64,000 nt of DNA from Candidatus Calditenuaceae archaeon. GTDB lineage: Archaea; Thermoproteota; Nitrososphaeria_A; Caldarchaeales; Calditenuaceae. The notes under the pieces were generated by a model. That model was not told where the DNA came from. It did no database searches and saw nothing but the letters and a program-made list of their open reading frames with translations. The translations under genes and the position numbers were made by a program. Of the stretch, positions 59,798-64,000 are shown one piece after another (within the stretch, counting starts at the first letter, position 1; the number at the start of each line of letters is the position of its first letter). The stretch lies in contig JANXEU010000028.1 of assembly GCA_025058055.1 (NCBI GenBank), positions 23,711-87,710 of the forward strand. Direction: 5' to 3'.

Positions 59798-60115
59798 TCA
59801 TCCGAAGAGGGCTGCCAAACCCGATAGTGCCTCTTCCTCCTTCTTCTCTTCCTTCTTCTCCTCCTTCGGAGCTTCAGCGGTTGGAGTGGGTGCGGCAGCT
59901 ACCTGTGCCGCCGGTACGGGGGCGGCCACAACCGGCGCGGCAGCGGCTGACTTGAGCACCTCATCGATGTTGATGCCCTGCAACGCCGCAACCAAGGACT
60001 TCAGCCTGACCTCGTCGACGTTACCGCCTGCAGCCTCGATGACCCTTCGAACTCCCTGCTCGTCGATCGGCTTACCAAGCCTGTGGAGCAACAGCGCCGC
60101 GTAGACGTACTCCAA
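59798..60115 (-). CDS. rpl12: 50S ribosomal stalk protein P1 (L12e)
   Basis: 105 aa: [19 protein letters not shown]..., an Ala/Pro-rich hinge, then [25 protein letters not shown] start. Confidence 0.9.
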   Translation of the reverse strand: MEYVYAALLLHRLGKPIDEQGVRRVIEAAGGNVDEVRLKSLVAALQGINIDEVLKSAAAAPVVAAPVPAAQVAAAPTPTAEAPKEEKKEEKKEEEALSGLAALFG

Positions 60116-60259
60116 CTCCTGTTACCTCAGCTTTCTACACTCGCGCCCAGAATATTACTGTTATCGGTGATGGAATTCGAACGCTCAAGACGATGCAGCG
60201 CGCTTCATTTCTCCGAGAGGGGTATAAATGTAGGGAATTTTTAAAATTCGTGAAAGACC

Positions 60260-60556
60260 ATGAGAACGAATCACCTGATACTGTTGGCTTTGCTGGGTCT
60301 GCTGTCGATTGCGCCTGCGGCACTTGCGGCTGAGGCAGCTCCTGCAGGGTTGATCGACAAGTCGCTTTCAGCGGCAATCGCCTTCGCCGTCGCTGTTGCG
60401 GCGTCGGGCTTCGCGATCTCGAGGGCCGGGTCTGCGGGTCTCGCCGCGTCCGCGGAGAGGCCGGAGTTGAGGACCGTGACGATCATCATAGCAGCGTTCG
60501 CGGAGGCGCTGGCCATCTACGGGATCGCTATCGCGTTCGTCATCTTGACTTCCTGA
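60260..60556 (+). CDS. atpK: A/V-type ATP synthase proteolipid subunit K (c)
   Basis: 98 aa with a signal-like N-terminus and a hairpin of two TM helices carrying the essential Glu in IIAAFAEALAIYGIAIAF. No other atp genes are nearby. Confidence 0.75.
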   Translation: MRTNHLILLALLGLLSIAPAALAAEAAPAGLIDKSLSAAIAFAVAVAASGFAISRAGSAGLAASAERPELRTVTIIIAAFAEALAIYGIAIAFVILTS

Positions 60557-60631
60557 TTCAAGGACACGGTTTTTCGCGATTTCTACACCTCTCGGGACAA
60601 ACTTAAATCGATGACGTGGACTCGAGTGATA

Positions 60632-60733
60632 GCCCCGGTAGCTCAGCGGGAGAGCGACCGGCTGAAGTACTCCGGTTTCGTTCAGGAGAAGGCCGAGACC
60701 GGTAGGTCGTGGGTTCAAGTCCCACCCGGGGCA
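60632..60733 (+). tRNA. tRNA-Phe (anticodon GAA) with a 30-nt intron
   Basis: Acceptor GCCCCGG/CCGGGGC, D arm GCTC-AGCGGGA-GAGC, anticodon stem ACCGG...CCGGT with loop CTGAAG[intron]A, variable AGGTC, T arm GTGGG-TTCAAGT-CCCAC, discriminator A. It is 102 nt against 72 mature. Confidence 0.85.
60668..60697 (+). other. tRNA-Phe intron (position 37/38 by exon logic)
   Basis: Removing 60668-60697 restores the 7-nt loop CTGAAGA. I could not draw a clean bulge-helix-bulge by eye, because the central-helix candidates conflict. Confidence 0.5.
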
Positions 60734-60782
60734 CGCAACAGCGTTCTCACAAGGTTTTAACCGGGTATGCTGGTGATAGGCT

Positions 60783-61217
60783 ATGCCCATCTTCAAGAGG
60801 GCCGTGAGGACCGTCTCCATCAAGACGAAAGACCTGATGAGCGCTCCCCCAGTCACCCTGAGCAGCGACGCGAAGATCGACGAGGTGCCAGGCCTCATGT
60901 GGGAGAACTCCGTGGGAAGCGTGCTGATCGTTGACCAGAGGGGGAAGCTGGTGGGGATAGTGACGGAGAGGGACGTCATCTACGCCGCATCGCATGGCCT
61001 CCTCGGCAGAGGCACCTCTGTGAGCTCGGTCATGTCGAGAGACTTGTTGACCTCCTCACCGGACGACGACATAGCGTCTGTGATAGAGAAGATGAGGGAC
61101 CACAACGTGAGGCACATCCCGGTCGTCGATAGCGAGGGCAGACCCGTGGGCGTGGTCTCAGCGAGGGACGTACTGGACTACGCGGTCTCTCTGATCAGTC
61201 TCTTCATGAGATTCTAG
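60783..61217 (+). CDS. CBS-domain pair protein
   Basis: 144 aa with two CBS repeats (VGSVLIVDQRGKLVGIVTERDV and VRHIPVVDSEGRPVGVVSARDV). Confidence 0.85.
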   Translation: MPIFKRAVRTVSIKTKDLMSAPPVTLSSDAKIDEVPGLMWENSVGSVLIVDQRGKLVGIVTERDVIYAASHGLLGRGTSVSSVMSRDLLTSSPDDDIASVIEKMRDHNVRHIPVVDSEGRPVGVVSARDVLDYAVSLISLFMRF

Positions 61218-62982
61218 GAAGGGCCGTCAGAAGGTCTGTGACGCTCGCCTCCCTGAAGGCCCTTTTGTAGCTACCTAGTAGCTCACCGATCGGGCAGACG
61301 CTGCCCTTGTGCTCGCCGTCCGGTAGCGGCTCCTCGACGAACCTCTTAGGCAACCAGTCGGCCTCCTCTCCAATCCCATAGGTCCTGTTCAGTTGACGCT
61401 CGAGGGTCAGCACCTTCTGACCGGCCTCCATCAGGAACTGGTCTTCGACTTCGACGCCGTAGTGGGCCGAGTAACCCTCGGTGTAGTCGCACCTATCCAT
61501 CGCGATCCTCGAGAACGCACAGACGCCCAGCGAGTCCAGCCAGGCCACCTCGACCCTCTTCATGTGAACCCTAGTGGCCAGTACATCGTGATCCGGGAAA
61601 TCGGAGTAAACCGTCTCTATTCCCAGGTCCCCGAAGCTCCGTATCAGAGTCGGATACACCCAGATGTGCGCCGCTCCGCCGTATGACTCGACCGCGTTGA
61701 TAAGACCCCACGCAGGCTCGGCCCTAGGGTCTGTGTTCTGGACTGTGACGCCCTTTACGGTTGGAGCCGCGTCAACGTCGCCGTAATGTTCTGCTGTCCG
61801 GTGAGCGCCCATCGACAGAACCCGTCCGACGCCGGCGTTAGAGACCATTGAAACTATGAGCTCGGCCATTCTCCTCCAGTCTCCCCAGTTCAGGCGCTCC
61901 TCCGTGAGGCCCTTCTCGGAGAGCTCCGCGTAAACGGCGAGCGTGTTGCCTGCCTCTATCGGGTCGACTCCTACGTCGTAGCAGAGTTGGGTCAGGTACG
62001 CGATCTTCTCGAGGTCCAGAAGCACGCAGTTGGTGCCGAGCGCAGATATCGGGGCGCAGTCGGGCCCCTCCCCACGCAGGCCCTGCCCGATGGTCTCACG
62101 TCTGCAGGAGACCTGACAGGAGGAGCAGGTGAGCCTTCTCACGAGCACCGTCGATGAGAGACGAGTTCCACCTACCAGCTCGTACTGAGGTAGCGACGTC
62201 CTCGTGTAGTTCTTGACCGGAACCGCGTCATGTCTGCCGAGGGCCTCGACCGCGACAGCGGTCCCGTGCACAGCTAGCCTCCCTCCTTGGAGGTTGAGCA
62301 GACTGGAACCCTCAACCTTAGCCCTCAAGGCCCTCAGCAACTTCGCGAACTTCAAGGGCTGTGCGGGAGACCTCGTGAACCTCTTCCCTGACTTGATCAC
62401 GATCGCCTTCAGGTTCTTCGAGCCAAAGACCGCGCCCGCACCGTGTCGGACTCCGCTTGACCTGCCCGAGTCGTTGATTACGGTCGCGACTGGCGCCTGC
62501 CTCTCCCCTGCAGGCCCGATCGAGAGCACCCTGACGTCTCCCAGAGCACCCTTGAGAGCGCGACAGGTCTCTACGGCACCGAGGCCCCTGAACCGCTCCG
62601 CTCCGACGAAACTGATGCCCTCCGATGTGACCATAAGGTAGCATAGCTCCTCCGATCTGCCGGTAATGTAGAGAGCCATGTAGCCCAACGAAGCCAGATC
62701 CGTCGCCGCGTAACCTCCGGTTAGGGCCCAAGCGATTGTACCGGTGAGCGGGGACCTGAAGACTAACGTCAGCCTGTTGCCCAAAGGAAACCCAGTACCT
62801 GAGAGGCTTCCGACCGAGACGACCAGAGGACTCCTAGGGTCGAGCGGGTCCCTGACGGCGGCGTTGCGGGCCATCAGCCCGACTCCCAAGCACCTGCCTC
62901 CCAGCACACCGTCTTGAGCGATGTGGTCGAGGTCGACGAGCTCGTAGGATCGGTCCTCGAGGTCGACCTTGACCAGCTTCAT
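61204..62982 (-). CDS. Aldehyde:ferredoxin oxidoreductase (AOR) family tungstopterin enzyme
   Basis: 592 aa with the N-terminal AOR_N pattern (LVKVDLEDRSYELVDL, GGRCLG), the 4Fe-4S motif CSSCQVSC and the downstream AOR domain. Confidence 0.85.
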   Translation of the reverse strand: MKLVKVDLEDRSYELVDLDHIAQDGVLGGRCLGVGLMARNAAVRDPLDPRSPLVVSVGSLSGTGFPLGNRLTLVFRSPLTGTIAWALTGGYAATDLASLGYMALYITGRSEELCYLMVTSEGISFVGAERFRGLGAVETCRALKGALGDVRVLSIGPAGERQAPVATVINDSGRSSGVRHGAGAVFGSKNLKAIVIKSGKRFTRSPAQPLKFAKLLRALRAKVEGSSLLNLQGGRLAVHGTAVAVEALGRHDAVPVKNYTRTSLPQYELVGGTRLSSTVLVRRLTCSSCQVSCRRETIGQGLRGEGPDCAPISALGTNCVLLDLEKIAYLTQLCYDVGVDPIEAGNTLAVYAELSEKGLTEERLNWGDWRRMAELIVSMVSNAGVGRVLSMGAHRTAEHYGDVDAAPTVKGVTVQNTDPRAEPAWGLINAVESYGGAAHIWVYPTLIRSFGDLGIETVYSDFPDHDVLATRVHMKRVEVAWLDSLGVCAFSRIAMDRCDYTEGYSAHYGVEVEDQFLMEAGQKVLTLERQLNRTYGIGEEADWLPKRFVEEPLPDGEHKGSVCPIGELLGSYKRAFREASVTDLLTALPRIS

Positions 62983-63031
62983 CCCTGGCGCGCATAGACT
63001 CCATCGATTTGAAAAAGGTGCTCGAGTAACT

Positions 63032-63949
63032 CTAGGGTATGAGGACCGGTGAACCGTCTCTAATGATCCTGTAGTCGCTTCGGTGAACCTCGGAGTAGAG
63101 CTTCGCGAACTGGATCATGGCCCTGTGCGTCTCACCCGAATAGAACGTCAAAGGCCCCCTCACCCTCTCCTTCAGGACCGAGTCGACCTCTTCCGCCGAC
63201 AGAGAACCACAGTCCCTGCTTTTGGATCCTACCACGAAACCCCATAGTGAGGCGAAGGAGAGCACATAAGCCGCGAGGGGCGTGACCGACGGAAATGCGG
63301 TCCTCACGGTCTCGAGTATCGATCTGAAGGCGAAGGGGTTGTGTGCGATCGAGGTAGCTTGGGTGACCAGCGCGCCCTTTTTCGTGAGCTTGTCGTAGGC
63401 CATGCGGTAGAACTCCGAGGTGTACAGGGGGATCGAGGCCGCACCCTCTGTCGGATCTGTCGCGTCGATGACGATCACGTCATACGTTCCGTCTACTTTT
63501 GACCTCAGGTACTCCCTGCCCTCGGAGAGGATCAACCTGAACCTCTGGTCCTCGAAGACGCCGGAGCTGAGCTCTGACATGTGAAGCCTGCAGAAGTCAA
63601 CGACCTCGCCGTCGATCTCAACCATCTCAACCTCCTCAACTGTGCGCCAGCGGAGGACCTCTCTGGCAGTCGCTCCCTCGCCTCCACCTATCACGAGAAC
63701 TTTCTTCGGATCCGAGACAGTTACCATAGCAGAGTGAACCAAGGACTCGTGGTAGACGCGTTCGTCAAGTACGGAGGACTGAATCTTACCGTCGATGACG
63801 AGACACCTGCCGTAGGGCACCGTATCGACGACCTTCACCTCTTGGTGTTTGGTGGCCGCACTGGCGACAACTCCCTTTAGAGCGTAGTACTCCAGAAGGC
63901 CCTCTGCAATGGTCTCTGAGGCCCAGAGGAAGTAGTCCCCCAAGCTCAC
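63032..63949 (-). CDS. speE: Spermidine synthase / polyamine aminopropyltransferase
   Basis: 305 aa with VLVIGGGEGATAREVLR, DVIVIDATDP and EYYALKG patterns. The GTG start overlaps the upstream gene's stop (GTGA). Confidence 0.85.
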   Translation of the reverse strand: MSLGDYFLWASETIAEGLLEYYALKGVVASAATKHQEVKVVDTVPYGRCLVIDGKIQSSVLDERVYHESLVHSAMVTVSDPKKVLVIGGGEGATAREVLRWRTVEEVEMVEIDGEVVDFCRLHMSELSSGVFEDQRFRLILSEGREYLRSKVDGTYDVIVIDATDPTEGAASIPLYTSEFYRMAYDKLTKKGALVTQATSIAHNPFAFRSILETVRTAFPSVTPLAAYVLSFASLWGFVVGSKSRDCGSLSAEEVDSVLKERVRGPLTFYSGETHRAMIQFAKLYSEVHRSDYRIIRDGSPVLIP

Positions 63950-64000
63950 TCCCTTACGGCCAACCTCACCTTTTGGTCGGAATATTCGTCCCTAGTGACT
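63946..64000 (-). CDS. 3' end of an unidentified upstream gene, translationally coupled to speE (only 18 codons visible)
   Basis: Minus-strand frame reads ...VTRDEYSDQKVRLAVRE* with TGA at 63946-63948 inside the speE GTG start. Identity cannot be determined from 18 codons. Confidence 0.3.
   Translation of the reverse strand, partial: VTRDEYSDQKVRLAVRE

Noticed and set aside
60368-60995. Minus-strand ORFs 60368-60979 and 60747-60995
   Set aside because: They run antisense across atpK, tRNA-Phe (the GWDLNPRP signature again) and the CBS gene.
1-64000. Search for CRISPR arrays, transposases, integrases, long direct or inverted repeats, and prophage-like gene content
   Set aside because: I saw none on reading both strands. 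The only repeats noted are the tandem membrane-gene duplication (3332-4813) and short intron-associated duplications inside tRNA genes.

Overview
The window reads as a gene-dense archaeal chromosomal core region. About 78 features are packed with many 4-nt start/stop overlaps (ATGA, GTGA, TTGA), frequent GTG/TTG starts and several convergent 3' overlaps. I found no CRISPR array, integrase, transposase or obvious mobile element.

Lineage is inferred, not proven. All three tRNA genes carry introns, four in total, and two appear to sit at non-canonical positions. The window also holds an EndA paralog that looks non-catalytic, a crenarchaeal-type single-OB SSB and a ThiDN fusion. Conserved ribosomal and transcription clusters are fragmented. 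Together these point to a Thermoproteales/Thermofilum-like crenarchaeon.

Content:
- A three-subunit XDH/aldehyde-oxidoreductase-family molybdoenzyme, truncated at the left edge.
- An NAD salvage pair: an isochorismatase-like amidase and NAPRTase.
- A NurA-like/HerA-like pair next to two wHTH paralogs.
- Stomatin-NfeD, SSB, and a membrane-bound HdrD-like Fe-S oxidoreductase.
- Nudix, Mrp and MoaE.
- secE-spt5, L30e-nusA, orphan sufC with a small RHH gene, and a THUMP-SPOUT fusion.
- A UbiA prenyltransferase, Pelota, PyrH and a metal-type ABC transporter with fused SBP-permease.
- XdhC, RNase P RNA, and HMG-CoA reductase translationally coupled to an atypical (methanogen-type) SerRS.
- TFS, ThiDN, a geranylgeranyl reductase, and a citrate synthase/PrpD/isocitrate-lyase-family cluster.
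- nuoA-nuoH, P0, AlaRS, P1, the A-ATPase proteolipid, AOR and spermidine synthase.

Three real features are absent from the ORF track: SecE (58 aa), an RHH protein (52 aa) and the truncated large molybdoenzyme subunit.

The most unusual observations:
- An orphan 98-aa protein whose C-terminus copies the ribosomal-stalk factor-binding tail, while P0 in this window lacks that tail.
- A stand-alone NurA/HerA-like module with divergent and convergent wHTH paralogs.
- A methanogen-type SerRS in a crenarchaeal-looking context.
- The multi-intron and non-canonical-intron tRNAs.

All function calls rest on by-eye motif recognition. No database search was run.
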